A DNA stretch of 64,000 nucleotides from Candidatus Acidiferrales bacterium (GTDB lineage: Bacteria > Acidobacteriota > Terriglobia > Acidiferrales > UBA7541): assembly GCA_035945715.1 (NCBI GenBank), contig DASYZX010000020.1, forward strand, positions 129,622-193,621. The letters are read 5' to 3'. This document shows, in pieces, positions 28,242-38,452 of this stretch. A program made the position numbers and the translations under genes. A model generated the notes under the pieces. The model did not search any database. It saw only the letters and a program-made list of their open reading frames with translations, and was not told the DNA's origin. The stretch's first letter is position 1. Every line of letters begins with the position of its first letter.

Positions 28242-29260
28242 TGACCCGCTTCCGCACCTCGTTCCTTGAACGAAGGCTCGTGCTCGCTTTGCAAGAGTTT
28301 TCGCAGATTCACCGTAATGTCACGCACATCCGTTCCCATTGCTTCCTGAGCCGCTCGCTTGCTGAGGCCTGACCGCTGCAGCTCTTTTATTAAAGCCTTT
28401 CGAAGTCTCCCGGTCAGCCGCTCGATTCGCCGGCTGATCGTTGATTCGTGCACCGAGAGTAGCCCGGCAATCTGCTGGAGAGTTCTACCGTCCAGGTAAT
28501 AGGATACAACCAGCAGGCGCTCCCCCGCGTTCATCCGCGCAAGGACTACGGCAATCGAGCTGGCGAGGCAAGCCAGATGATCGGCAGTCGGGGTTTGGGG
28601 ATCCGAAACGGACGCGGCAGAGGGCTTTTCGCTCTCCAGTGCGTCCAAGCTGGTTTCGCGTCGCGTCCGACGCGAGTTATCGACAAACCGCTGCGCGAGC
28701 ACCGCACGAAGCCACCCGGCCAGCGAGCCGCGACCCGTATAGGACTCAAGACGCGAGCGGCGCTGCCCACCGCGCTCCGCCAGCCCGTACAGGTCGGCGT
28801 AGAGCGAGTCGGCCAGCTCGCGACCCGCGGACTCCTGCCTGGCAATGGCATACGCGGCGCGATAGAGCATTTCGCGGTACCGAGTGAGGAACAGCTCCCA
28901 CGCTACTTCGTTTCCGGATGCGCACGCTCGGGCAAGAATCAGCTCCTCGATTCTGAGCGACTTGAGAAAGTGAGCCTGCATGGAAGGAGAGTTTTTCCCC
29001 TCGGCTCCGCCCCACTCCTGTGCCTCCCCGGCCTGAAGCAGTATTTCCGCGAACTGCCGTTGGGAGAACCCAAACTTAGGCGAGTCACTGGCGCGCCAGA
29101 GTTGGTCAACTGCGCGTTCGACCTCATACGGGAGGCTCGTCGGAAGGCCGATCGCCGCAGGCAAGCTGGCCCCAGTGTCGGACAGGGAGTCCGGGATCAC
29201 TGCTCCGATCGCGCTCTCTTCAGAATCTTGCTGCAAGAATTCTCCCGTCCAGCGTTCCAC
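28238..29260 (-). CDS. ECF-type sigma-70 family factor with a ~130-aa N-terminal extension
   Basis: Region 2 'WELFLTRYREMLYRAAYAI...ADSLYADLYG'. Region 4 'LLVVSYYLDGRTLQQIAGLLSVHESTISRRIERL'. The N-terminal extension contains 'FGFSQRQFAEILLQAG...LKSLRIEELILARACASG'. Confidence 0.85.
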   Translation of the reverse strand: MERWTGEFLQQDSEESAIGAVIPDSLSDTGASLPAAIGLPTSLPYEVERAVDQLWRASDSPKFGFSQRQFAEILLQAGEAQEWGGAEGKNSPSMQAHFLKSLRIEELILARACASGNEVAWELFLTRYREMLYRAAYAIARQESAGRELADSLYADLYGLAERGGQRRSRLESYTGRGSLAGWLRAVLAQRFVDNSRRTRRETSLDALESEKPSAASVSDPQTPTADHLACLASSIAVVLARMNAGERLLVVSYYLDGRTLQQIAGLLSVHESTISRRIERLTGRLRKALIKELQRSGLSKRAAQEAMGTDVRDITVNLRKLLQSEHEPSFKERGAEAGQ

Positions 29261-29300
29261 AGTCAGCCGGCCATGCCGAGCTCAGAAAGGAGAACCAAGT

Positions 29301-30500
29301 ATGCTTGCTAATATACCCATGAAAAACCAAGGGGGCACGTGTTTCAGCCGACCGCTGATTGCTCTCGGCGTCCTCGTCTGCGGTTTCGTCCTCCTACCCG
29401 GTACGGGATCACGTTCAAGCGCCTCCCAACCGTTAGACGCCGAAAATGGGAATCCGTATCGCGTGCTCGCACCCCTCCAAAGCGGCGATCTCGCTATTTT
29501 CCCTGTTGTGCAAGCGAATGGAGAGGCAAAAGCGCAGCACTGGCAGTACATCACTCTGGACGAAGGTCTGCGAACCGGCCAAGTGGTGGTTGCGGAAGCT
29601 GGACAGGTCGTGGGACTTGTCCGTTCGCGGCACCCTGTTCTGGCGGCACCCCCCGCGACCGGTGACGAGGTCAATCGTCTTGTTCTCGTCAATAATTCTT
29701 CGCGACCTCTGCTGCTTCTCGCTGGCGAGATCGTCGCCGGAGGCAAGCAGGATCGAGTGATCGGCAAAGACCGCATCGTTCCTCCGGAAAGTGACCCGAT
29801 CGATTTCTCGGTCTTCTGCATCGAGCCCGGGCGATGGACGGGCGAGTCGCCGGAATTTCATGCCGCGGGGAAAGTGGGCGAGAGTTTCATGGTACAGCCC
29901 GAGGTACGAAGCAAGGCGATGGCCGCGCAGAATCAGCAGCAGGTATGGAACGCCGTTGGCTCTGTAATTCAGGAGATGGCCGCAGCGGGTGGTGCCATGT
30001 CCAGTCCGACGCCGGCGCCTACGACTTCGTACGCGCGGGCAATGGAGAGCACGGCTGTCGAGAATGACGTCAACAAGACTGCGGCGCCACTGTTGCAATC
30101 CGGAGAGGCGCTGCGTGCCCAACTTAGCAAGGAGCATGCGGTAGGTGTGGTGGTGGCGATCCGAGGAGAGATCATCTGGGCAGACGTTTTCTCCGATACT
30201 GACATGCTGGAAAAGTATTGGACGAAACTCATTCGCTCTTATGCCGCCGAAGCATTGACCGGACGGGAATCACGCAACGGTTCGCCCACGACGGAGGACG
30301 CGGAACGCTTCCTCGCGATCGCGAACACTGGCCACGTTAGCAGCGAGGGAGACACAGGCATCTACCGTTACAGCACCATCCGCGCGGGTGATGTCGAGTC
30401 TTTCGTCCTTCGCGCCTTGCTTCCAGATACCAGCTTCGATGTGCATATAAGCAAGATCCGGACCGAACAGACTGCCGACCGCCTCCGGCCGGTCAGATAG
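29301..30500 (+). CDS. Secreted or membrane-anchored hypothetical protein (possibly ARPP-1/DUF6569-like N-terminal domain)
   Basis: ATG 29301 preceded by AAGGAG. Hydrophobic N-terminus 'LIALGVLVCGFVLL'. 'VNRLVLVNNSSRPLLLLAGEIVAGGKQDRVI...FCIEPGRW' resembles a family I recall as ARPP-1/DUF6569. That assignment is tentative. Confidence 0.65.
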   Translation: MLANIPMKNQGGTCFSRPLIALGVLVCGFVLLPGTGSRSSASQPLDAENGNPYRVLAPLQSGDLAIFPVVQANGEAKAQHWQYITLDEGLRTGQVVVAEAGQVVGLVRSRHPVLAAPPATGDEVNRLVLVNNSSRPLLLLAGEIVAGGKQDRVIGKDRIVPPESDPIDFSVFCIEPGRWTGESPEFHAAGKVGESFMVQPEVRSKAMAAQNQQQVWNAVGSVIQEMAAAGGAMSSPTPAPTTSYARAMESTAVENDVNKTAAPLLQSGEALRAQLSKEHAVGVVVAIRGEIIWADVFSDTDMLEKYWTKLIRSYAAEALTGRESRNGSPTTEDAERFLAIANTGHVSSEGDTGIYRYSTIRAGDVESFVLRALLPDTSFDVHISKIRTEQTADRLRPVR

Positions 30501-30721
30501 ACAACGCACGCCCGCGTCAACTGGGGCATCGCGTTTCGCAATTGAACTCAGTCAGGCCGACAACCTTCGTTGCCGTTCGCGGGGGCGCGTAACAAAGATG
30601 GAACCGTGCAGAAGGAGCACTATGAACTGAACATGACGACGAATTAAGCGTTTCGAATGCGGCCTTCGAATAGAGAGATTTGCCTTGTGATCTCCATCCG
30701 ACCTCTGATAACTCGCGTTGC

Positions 30722-32167
30722 CTAGAAATCCACGTGGAGGCGGACACCTGGGACCAGAACAGGTCCGCGGTCCTGGTTGTAACCCGGATTATTGATGTGC
30801 TGCAGATCGAACGACGCGAACACGCCGCGCCAAAGGTGCGCAGTGTAATAGCTCTCGAAAATTTTTTCCCGTCCGTAATTGAGCGCGCCATCGCCCAGCA
30901 AAAAGCCGGTCCCTCCAAGAGCGAGATATTCCCTGTGGTCTGCGGAAATGCCATTCAGAGAAAATGCCGCCCCGACGCGGTCATTCTTCCGATGCCACGA
31001 ATCGCCGCGATAATCGGCGCCCAGCTCAAACGCGCGATCCACTTCCGTGTAGACGAAAGACTCATTGTGACCGTCGCTCCATCCCCAGCGACCAAAGGCG
31101 CGAACGCGATCGGTTAAATTCTGCTCGAAGTTAAGTCCAACGCCGTATTTATGGCGGCCCTGGCGCCGCGTGGCAATGAGATTGGGCGAAGGACTTTCGC
31201 CTGCAAGGAATTCGTCGATGGCTCGGCGATAGTTGCCCATGTCCGCATGGTTGAGGTAGGTGAGCACGCGTAGAGCGCCGTCGCGGTGACGCAGGAATCC
31301 GGCGTTGTAATCGACCTCGAAATTCTCCGAACGCGCGCGGGCAATATCAGCGTCCAGCTGAACACCGTTCGCGACCTTGGGCATTAACGCCTCGACGAAT
31401 CGCGCAGTCCAGCGGCCATCGTCATACTCCAGCATGGCGCCATCGGTGTACCCGCGAGTGTTCGCGGCGTAGTCGTAGACGCCGTTATCGTCCACGGTCC
31501 AGTTCAAGAACTGAAGATGGGAATCGCTGCCGGGTCCGTTGTTATCCAGAAAGTCCGGAATTGTGAACTTGCCTATCCAGAATTCCAGCCGACGCTTGGG
31601 TAGTGAAGTCACAAGATTCAGAAAGGAACGTTCGGCCGGCACCTGTTCAGAAGAGAGCGGAATGATTTGCCGGAAAAGCAGTCTGGCGAGATACGGCGAG
31701 TGCGACAGCGGCACTCCCGCAGCCGTACGAACGACGTCCAGGTTCGTATAGCCCGCGAGCCCGAGAGCGTTGCCGATTCCCGTGCCGGTCGAATCCTCGA
31801 GATCGAGAAAAACCTCCGTCGTGTCCGTGGCTTGGTAGCCGGTATAGAGTGTTAGCACGCGCGAAGTGGCGCTCTGCGCCGGCGCCGAAAGGCTGTTTGG
31901 CCCGCTGTAATCAGCGGGAAATGATGGATGCCATTGCAGGACGATGTTGGCTTGGCCGGAGATCCAGAAACGGCTGGAGTTGGAATGAGGAAAGATTGTC
32001 GTGGTTGTGTCTTCGGAAACTGACGAGTTACCGGAAGTGGATTGGGCCGGTGCGAATGGCTGGCCTTGCGCATAGACGCGCCGGGAAACCGCTGCGGCGA
32101 GAGCCACAGCCAGAAGCAGCCTCAAACAGACAGTCCGATAACGCACAACGCACGTCCCTTGCGTCAA
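30722..32167 (-). CDS. Carbohydrate-selective porin, OprB family
   Basis: Signal peptide 'LLLAVALAAAVSRRVYAQ'. Beta-strand-rich sequence with aromatic girdle residues. C-terminal 'VRLHVDF' ends in Phe. Confidence 0.75.
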   Translation of the reverse strand: MTQGTCVVRYRTVCLRLLLAVALAAAVSRRVYAQGQPFAPAQSTSGNSSVSEDTTTTIFPHSNSSRFWISGQANIVLQWHPSFPADYSGPNSLSAPAQSATSRVLTLYTGYQATDTTEVFLDLEDSTGTGIGNALGLAGYTNLDVVRTAAGVPLSHSPYLARLLFRQIIPLSSEQVPAERSFLNLVTSLPKRRLEFWIGKFTIPDFLDNNGPGSDSHLQFLNWTVDDNGVYDYAANTRGYTDGAMLEYDDGRWTARFVEALMPKVANGVQLDADIARARSENFEVDYNAGFLRHRDGALRVLTYLNHADMGNYRRAIDEFLAGESPSPNLIATRRQGRHKYGVGLNFEQNLTDRVRAFGRWGWSDGHNESFVYTEVDRAFELGADYRGDSWHRKNDRVGAAFSLNGISADHREYLALGGTGFLLGDGALNYGREKIFESYYTAHLWRGVFASFDLQHINNPGYNQDRGPVLVPGVRLHVDF

Positions 32168-32289
32168 CCATTAATGGAGGATCGAATTCCACGCGCAGAG
32201 AGTAAATGAAACTCCGCAAACAAAGCCATAGAAAATGCGCCTCGCGCAGAATATTTATGGAATTCTAACGAAGTCCTTACGGCAACCGG

Positions 32290-34110
32290 TTACTTGAGCC
32301 GATTCAGAACTGGCTGTAATCGTCCCACGAGCGTCACGTCAGTATCATCCCGGGTATCGAAAATGATCACCTCATTTCGTCCTTTCTTGAGCCAGACGCC
32401 TGGAACATACAGTGTTTGCTGCGGCCCGATGTTCCAGAACCGGCCCAGATTATGGCCGTTGACCCACGCCACACCCATGCCCAACGAACTTACATCAAGG
32501 AACGTGTCGCCCGCCCGTTTCAGTCGGAATGTACCCCGGTAAAATGCTGGCCGCGCAGCAGCACCCGTCGAAAAGTCCAGAGAGCCTGGATCATTCATCG
32601 GGAGCGGATAGATCTTCCATCCGCCCAACTCGCGTCCATCGAGCGTAACCGACTGAGTTATCCCTTTGCGGTCATCGCGCAACTGTGGCCCAAAGTTTAT
32701 TCGGCCGAGATTTTCGACCAAGATATCCAGCCTGCGCGGGCCCGGCGGAATCTCGATGGGGACACTGTTCTGATTCAGCCGCCGGTCAAGCGTTCCAACG
32801 CGATAGCCGTCCACGAAAACTGTCGCGTAGTCGCGTACTTCGTTGACCGTCAAACTGCCCTTTGCGGGTCCGTCAACGCGGGTGCGATACAGAATGTAGC
32901 CGTATGCTTGCCCGATCTGTTCCATCGTCTTCGGCTGCACGCTTTCGACCGCTCGACCAAGGTTCTTCCAGAGCGAAGCCGACTCCGTCAGCTTGAATGC
33001 AGGAATTTCGATCACAGGGATGGAATCCGGCACTGGCGGAAACTCCGCGCCATGTGAGCGACGCAGAATCACGTCTCGAAACAGAGAATACTTCTGCGTG
33101 GGCCGTCCCGCCTCGTCCAGTGGAGCATCATAGTCGTAGTTCGTTGTGTCCGGCTCGTAGGCCTTGCCGTAGTTTGCGCCAGCCATGAAGCCGAACGAAG
33201 TCCCGCCCTCAAACATATAGAGATTCACCGAGTAGCCGCGCGACAACATCCATTCCAATTCTTGCGCCTCCTGCTCCGCGTCAGTCACATTGTGGGTTTC
33301 GCCCCAGTGGTCGAACCATCCGTCCCAGTATTCGCCGCTCATCAACGGGCCGTTCGGACGGAGTTTGTGAAGCGCGGCGAACGCCTGCTCCACATACCCA
33401 GGGCCGAAGTTCACGACCGCCGGCAAATCCGGCAGCGTCCCGCTCGGCAATTCGGACGGCCCATCGGCGGTATACAAGATCGCGCCATCAAATCCCGCCT
33501 CCGTGATCAAATCGCGAATCCTCGACATGTAGGCGGTGTCACTACCGAACGAGCCGTACTCGTTTTCCACTTGCACCGCAATGATCGGACCTCCTCGCGT
33601 GACTCGCAGCGGCGCGAGCTCCTGTCCCAGCCGTTTCAGCCATTTTCCAGCGGCCTGCACAAACGCTTCCTGATTGCTCCGCAACTCCATCTTCGGGTCC
33701 GCCAACAGCCATGCTGGCAAACCGCCCAGGTCCCATTCAGAGCAAACATACGGACCGGGCCGCAGAATCACGTGCAGCCCCTCCTGCTGCGCCTCGCGAA
33801 TGAATTCAGCCACGTCGAGCTGTCCGCTGAAGTCGTACGTTCCCTGTGTTGGCTCGTGCAGATTCCAAAAAACGTACGTCGAGATCGTGTTCAGTCCCAT
33901 CGCCCGCGCTTTCCGCAAACGATCCCGCCAATACGCGCGCGGAATTCGCGCGTAGTGCATTTCGCCGGAAATGATTTGGAGGGCCTTCCCGTCGACCATG
34001 AACTGATTGCCTTCCAAGCGAATGGAATGGCGTTCTCGGGGCGATCCAAACATTGTGGCGGCTGCACAAATCAAAAAAAGTAGCGTTAGAACCCGCATCG
34101 GCACGCGCAT
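32290..34110 (-). CDS. Glycoside hydrolase family 35 beta-galactosidase, secreted
   Basis: 'IISGEMHYARIPRAYWRDRLRKARAMGLNTISTYVFWNLHEP' and 'IIAVQVENEYGS' GH35 signatures. Signal peptide 'MRVLTLLFLICAAATMFG'. The start is one of the ATGs at 34122, 34110 or 34098. Confidence 0.9.
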   Translation of the reverse strand: MRVPMRVLTLLFLICAAATMFGSPRERHSIRLEGNQFMVDGKALQIISGEMHYARIPRAYWRDRLRKARAMGLNTISTYVFWNLHEPTQGTYDFSGQLDVAEFIREAQQEGLHVILRPGPYVCSEWDLGGLPAWLLADPKMELRSNQEAFVQAAGKWLKRLGQELAPLRVTRGGPIIAVQVENEYGSFGSDTAYMSRIRDLITEAGFDGAILYTADGPSELPSGTLPDLPAVVNFGPGYVEQAFAALHKLRPNGPLMSGEYWDGWFDHWGETHNVTDAEQEAQELEWMLSRGYSVNLYMFEGGTSFGFMAGANYGKAYEPDTTNYDYDAPLDEAGRPTQKYSLFRDVILRRSHGAEFPPVPDSIPVIEIPAFKLTESASLWKNLGRAVESVQPKTMEQIGQAYGYILYRTRVDGPAKGSLTVNEVRDYATVFVDGYRVGTLDRRLNQNSVPIEIPPGPRRLDILVENLGRINFGPQLRDDRKGITQSVTLDGRELGGWKIYPLPMNDPGSLDFSTGAAARPAFYRGTFRLKRAGDTFLDVSSLGMGVAWVNGHNLGRFWNIGPQQTLYVPGVWLKKGRNEVIIFDTRDDTDVTLVGRLQPVLNRLK

Positions 34111-34123
34111 CGGCTGTAGCATA

Positions 34124-34990
34124 ATGGCGCTCGCATCTCGCAGCAAGACGGACTTCCGCAGGGAGGCGTCAACGAAGGAGATCACCAAAGCGGTCATCCT
34201 CGCGCGTGGGTTGGGCAAACGCATGCGTTCCTCCGAGACGACTGCGCAGCTCGAAGACAGTCAGTCCCGCGCAGCGGATAGCGGTATGAAGGCCATGATT
34301 CCCATCGGACGCCCGTTCCTCGATTTTGTCCTGAGCGCGCTTGCCGACGCGGGCTTCACCCAAGCATGTCTCGTCGTTGGGCCCGAGCACACCGCGATCC
34401 GCGAATATTACGCATCCACTCCGGCGCGGCGCATCAGAATCAGTTTCGCAATTCAGAAAGAGCCCATCGGCACCGCGAATGCTCTCCTTGCTGCGCGGTC
34501 TTTCACCGGAGGCGAAGCATTTCTCGTGCTGAATTCCGACAATTTTTATCCCGTTGAAATCTTCCGCGCCCTCCGCGCGCTCGGCGAGCCGGGGCTTCCG
34601 GCGTTCGAGCGCGAAGGTTTATTGCGCGAAAGCAATATTCCGCGCGAACGAATTCTCGGCTACGCCTTGTTGAAAATTAACGGTACGGGCTATCTCGACC
34701 AGATTGTCGAGAAGCCAGAGCAGATGCCAGCCGCACCGCCAAGAGGCGAGGAGATTTTCATCAGCATGAACTGCTGGCGATTCTCGCCGGAAATCTTCAA
34801 AGCCTGCCGCGAAGTTCCTCGCTCGCGACGCGGCGAATTCGAATTGCCCGAGGCGGTTCAATTCGCCATAAGCTGTCTCGGCCTTCGCTTCAAAACCATT
34901 CCCTTTCACTGTGGCGTGCTGGATCTCTCGTATCGCGGCGATATCGCCGAGGTCGCGCGGCACCTCGCGGGAATCCACGTGGAACTATGA
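34124..34990 (+). CDS. Sugar-1-phosphate nucleotidyltransferase family protein
   Basis: 'KAVILARGLGKRM' (GxGxR pyrophosphorylase loop), 'KAMIPIGRPFLDFVLSALADAG', 'GTANAL', 'LVLNSDNFY'. ATGA overlap with the downstream kinase. Confidence 0.8.
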   Translation: MALASRSKTDFRREASTKEITKAVILARGLGKRMRSSETTAQLEDSQSRAADSGMKAMIPIGRPFLDFVLSALADAGFTQACLVVGPEHTAIREYYASTPARRIRISFAIQKEPIGTANALLAARSFTGGEAFLVLNSDNFYPVEIFRALRALGEPGLPAFEREGLLRESNIPRERILGYALLKINGTGYLDQIVEKPEQMPAAPPRGEEIFISMNCWRFSPEIFKACREVPRSRRGEFELPEAVQFAISCLGLRFKTIPFHCGVLDLSYRGDIAEVARHLAGIHVEL

Positions 34991-36342
34991 CGCGGTTTGG
35001 CGCGCAGCTTCGCTCCGCTGGAATGTCTGCCGAAGAATCGGCAGCCAAAGCCGCGCTCTTCGAAAAGCTCAGTCACGAACTGGCTCTGTTCCGACAAGGA
35101 AACCCTTCTCCGCACTTTGCTTCTTTCGTTCCCGGCCGTCTCGAGTTCTTGGGCAAGCACACTGACTATGCGGGCGGACGAAGCATCGTCTGCGCTATCG
35201 AGCGCGGCCTCTGCCTTGTTGAAGCGCGGCGCGCAGAGGCCCAGATCCGCATTCTCGACGTCGGCCGCGGCTCATCCCTGAACTTCAAACTCGCGCCTGA
35301 CCTCGAACCAACGGCAGGCCACTGGTCGAATTTTCCCATGACCGTCGCGGCGCGGATGGCGCGTGATTTTCCCGAAGCAAGATGCGGCGCCGACATTGTT
35401 TTCACGAGCGACCTGCCACGCGCCTCCGGCATGAGCAGTTCCAGCGCTTTGGTTATCGCCATGTTCTTCGCGCTCGCGGAAGCAAACTCGCTCTGGAACA
35501 AAGATGCTTACCGCCGCGCCTTCCCCGATCGCGAACATCTTGTCGGCTACGTTTCTGCGATCGAAAGCGGCGCGAGTTTCGCTTCGTTTTCCGGCGGACG
35601 CGGCGTCGGCACGCAAGGCGGAAGTGAAGATCACGCAGCGATTCTCTGCTCACGCGCCGGATCCTTGCGGCAGTACTCCTTCTGTCCGATTCGCCTAGAG
35701 AACGAAATCCGTTTCCCTGGGGATAACGCGCTCGTCATTGGCGTCAGCGGCGTCAAGGCCGACAAAACGGGCGACGCCCGCGACGCCTACAACCGCGCTT
35801 CCGGCGCAACGCGAAAAATCCTGGAGTTGTGGCGAAACGCAAACAGCCGCCCGAATACCGACGACGATTCTTCTCTCGCTACTGTCTTGGCGCAGCCCGG
35901 CGCTCTGGAACGACTGCGCCAAATTGTGCGCGATTCCTGGGATCCCGACTACTCCGCGGACATCCTTCTCAAGCGACTGCAACAATTCACCGAAGAAACA
36001 AGCGAAATCGTCCCTCAAGCCGCAGGCGCGCTGGCTCACAGCAACTTCGAGCATTTGGGAGCGCTGGCTGACCGCTCGCAATTTCTCGCGGAAACCTGCC
36101 TGGCAAATCAAGTGCCCGAAACGATTGCGCTCGCCCATTCAGCGCGCCCGTTAGGCGCTCTCGCCGCGTCCGCGTTCGGCGCTGGATTCGGCGGCAGCGT
36201 CTGGGCGCTGATACCGGCCGGCAGCGCAGAAGAATTTCGTCAGAACTGGGCCTCGCAGTATCATCAGCGCTTTCCTGCGCGGACGGACGCCAGTTCTTTC
36301 TTCATCGCTCGCCCTGGGCCCGGGCTGATTCAGTTCGCGTAA
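34987..36342 (+). CDS. GHMP-family sugar kinase (galactokinase-like)
   Basis: 'GRLEFLGKHTDYAGGRS' (galactokinase signature-like), 'DLPRASGMSSSSALV' (GHMP motif II), 'GAGFGGSVWALI' (motif III). Confidence 0.85.
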   Translation: MTRFGAQLRSAGMSAEESAAKAALFEKLSHELALFRQGNPSPHFASFVPGRLEFLGKHTDYAGGRSIVCAIERGLCLVEARRAEAQIRILDVGRGSSLNFKLAPDLEPTAGHWSNFPMTVAARMARDFPEARCGADIVFTSDLPRASGMSSSSALVIAMFFALAEANSLWNKDAYRRAFPDREHLVGYVSAIESGASFASFSGGRGVGTQGGSEDHAAILCSRAGSLRQYSFCPIRLENEIRFPGDNALVIGVSGVKADKTGDARDAYNRASGATRKILELWRNANSRPNTDDDSSLATVLAQPGALERLRQIVRDSWDPDYSADILLKRLQQFTEETSEIVPQAAGALAHSNFEHLGALADRSQFLAETCLANQVPETIALAHSARPLGALAASAFGAGFGGSVWALIPAGSAEEFRQNWASQYHQRFPARTDASSFFIARPGPGLIQFA

Positions 36343-36364
36343 TTTGTGCTGCGTCAGGAGGCGC

Positions 36365-38452
36365 GTGAACCGTAAAAAAGAAGAGATACGCTCTGGCTTG
36401 CACACCCCTGAAGATTTCCTGACGCGCCGTCACTTTGTACGCAACGGCGTGCTGCTTGTAGGAAGTTTGCCCATATCATCACTTCTTTCTCGCGCTCGGC
36501 TCAATGCGTTCCTCCAAAGCCCCGGCAACGCTCCGGATTCGTCGCACGCGCAGATACAGGGCCGCAAGATTTTGCTATCCAACGCATTCGTAGCGACGGA
36601 ATGGAACATTTCTTCTACCGGTTTGCAGCTCATAGAAATCCAGGATCGCCGCAACGCTCAAATAATCACCAATCCGGCGCCAGTTTTTTCACTGGCGCTC
36701 ACCGATGGCTCTCGGATCGTTTCTTCAGCAATGCGCCTCGTGGCACAGCCAAGAATCGAAACTCTGCCCGCACAACCTCATGCAGCGCGCTACTCCGACC
36801 GCCTCTCCGGCCACGCCGTAAGCGCAACGCTCGAAGACGAGCAGCGCGGCCTGCGTGCTCTATGGCGCGCAATTCTCCGCGAAGGCTCGCATTACACTCG
36901 CCAGGAGATCGAATTCTCCGCGACGAAAGACCGCCTGCCCATCACCGAAGTGGCCATGCTCGACCTCCCTGTCGCAAACGCCGAAGTGAACGGTACCGTC
37001 AAAGGTTCCCCGGTAACCTCCGGCACGTGGTTTTTTGGATTCGAGCATCCGCTTTCGGAAAGCTCTGCCCAGAATGGCCGATTGCGTTGTGCACTAGCGC
37101 GCCAGTTGCCGCTCGAACATGGCCGTTCCGCCTCATATTCCTCGGTAATTGGAACGACGGCGCCGGGCCAGCTTCGCCGCGATTTTCTGCGCTATATCGA
37201 ACGCGAGCGCGCCCATGCTTACCGCACCTTCTTGCATTACAACTCCTGGTACGACCTCGGCTATTTCACTCCGTACGACCAAACCGGCGCCCTCGACGTG
37301 ATCCACGCGTTCGGCGAAGAGCTTCACGTGAAGCGCGGCGTTCACCTCGATTCCTTTCTCTTCGACGACGGATGGGACAACCACAAATCCCTCTGGAATT
37401 TCAATTCCGGCTTCCCGAATGGATTTACGCCCGTAAAAAGCGCCGCGACAAAATACGGCGCCGCGCCCGGCATCTGGCTTTCGCCCTGGGGTGGTTACGA
37501 TGGTCCGCGCACCGAACGCCTCGAATACGGCAAGCAGCGAGGCTACGAAGAAAACTCCGGCGGCTTCGTACTTTCCGGCACGCGTTATTTCCGCCGCTTC
37601 CATGAAGTCTGTCTAAAAATGATTCGAGACTATGGAATCAATCAGTTCAAATTTGACGGCACCGGCAACGCCTCCACCGTTTTTCCCGGCAGCGAATTCG
37701 ACAGCGACTTTGCCGCCATGATCAGCCTGATCGGCGATTTGCGCGTGGCGGAGCCCGATCTCTACGTGAATCTGACAACCGGAACCTATCCATCGCCATT
37801 CTGGCTGCGCTACGCCGACTCGATCTGGCGGGACGGCGACGATCATTCATTCGCCGGCGTCGGCTCATACCGCCAGCAATGGATTACGTATCGCGACTCT
37901 GCGACTTACCAATATGTGGTCCGCCGCGGCCCGCTTTATCCTCTAAATTCCCTCATGCTGCACGGAATGATTTACGCGCGTTTCGCCAAAAACCTCAACG
38001 ACGACCCGCAGCGCGATTTTCCTGACGAAGTTCACTCATACTTCGGCACGGGAACACAGCTTCAGGAAATGTACATCACGCATTCGCTGCTCTCCGATTC
38101 CGATTGGAATACGCTCGCCGAAGCCGCTCAATGGTCGCGCCGCAACGCAGATACTCTTGTCGACACGCATTGGATCGGCGGCGACCCAGCGCATCTCGAA
38201 GTTTATGGGTGGGCTTCCTGGTCGCCGCGCTGCGGAATCGTCACGCTCCGCAATCCCGACAGAGTGCCGCACAGTTTCGAACTCGATCCGCAATCCGCAT
38301 TTGAGCTGCCGACCAATGCGCCGCGCAGTTTTATTGCGCGCAGCCCCTGGACCGGCGCTCGTCCGCTCGAAATCAAGCTTCGTGCTGGCCAACCACACGC
38401 GATTGCGCTGCAGCCATTCGAAGTTCTGACGCTGGAAATGGTCCCGCAATGA
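36365..38452 (+). CDS. Tat-signal glycoside hydrolase, alpha-galactosidase-like TIM barrel (family uncertain)
   Basis: 'TRRHFVRNGVLLVGSL' twin-arginine signal. 'LDSFLFDDGWD' and 'NQFKFDG' motifs resemble clan GH-D enzymes. Start set at GTG 36365 behind AGGAGG (the track uses TTG 36344). Confidence 0.6.
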   Translation: MNRKKEEIRSGLHTPEDFLTRRHFVRNGVLLVGSLPISSLLSRARLNAFLQSPGNAPDSSHAQIQGRKILLSNAFVATEWNISSTGLQLIEIQDRRNAQIITNPAPVFSLALTDGSRIVSSAMRLVAQPRIETLPAQPHAARYSDRLSGHAVSATLEDEQRGLRALWRAILREGSHYTRQEIEFSATKDRLPITEVAMLDLPVANAEVNGTVKGSPVTSGTWFFGFEHPLSESSAQNGRLRCALARQLPLEHGRSASYSSVIGTTAPGQLRRDFLRYIERERAHAYRTFLHYNSWYDLGYFTPYDQTGALDVIHAFGEELHVKRGVHLDSFLFDDGWDNHKSLWNFNSGFPNGFTPVKSAATKYGAAPGIWLSPWGGYDGPRTERLEYGKQRGYEENSGGFVLSGTRYFRRFHEVCLKMIRDYGINQFKFDGTGNASTVFPGSEFDSDFAAMISLIGDLRVAEPDLYVNLTTGTYPSPFWLRYADSIWRDGDDHSFAGVGSYRQQWITYRDSATYQYVVRRGPLYPLNSLMLHGMIYARFAKNLNDDPQRDFPDEVHSYFGTGTQLQEMYITHSLLSDSDWNTLAEAAQWSRRNADTLVDTHWIGGDPAHLEVYGWASWSPRCGIVTLRNPDRVPHSFELDPQSAFELPTNAPRSFIARSPWTGARPLEIKLRAGQPHAIALQPFEVLTLEMVPQ

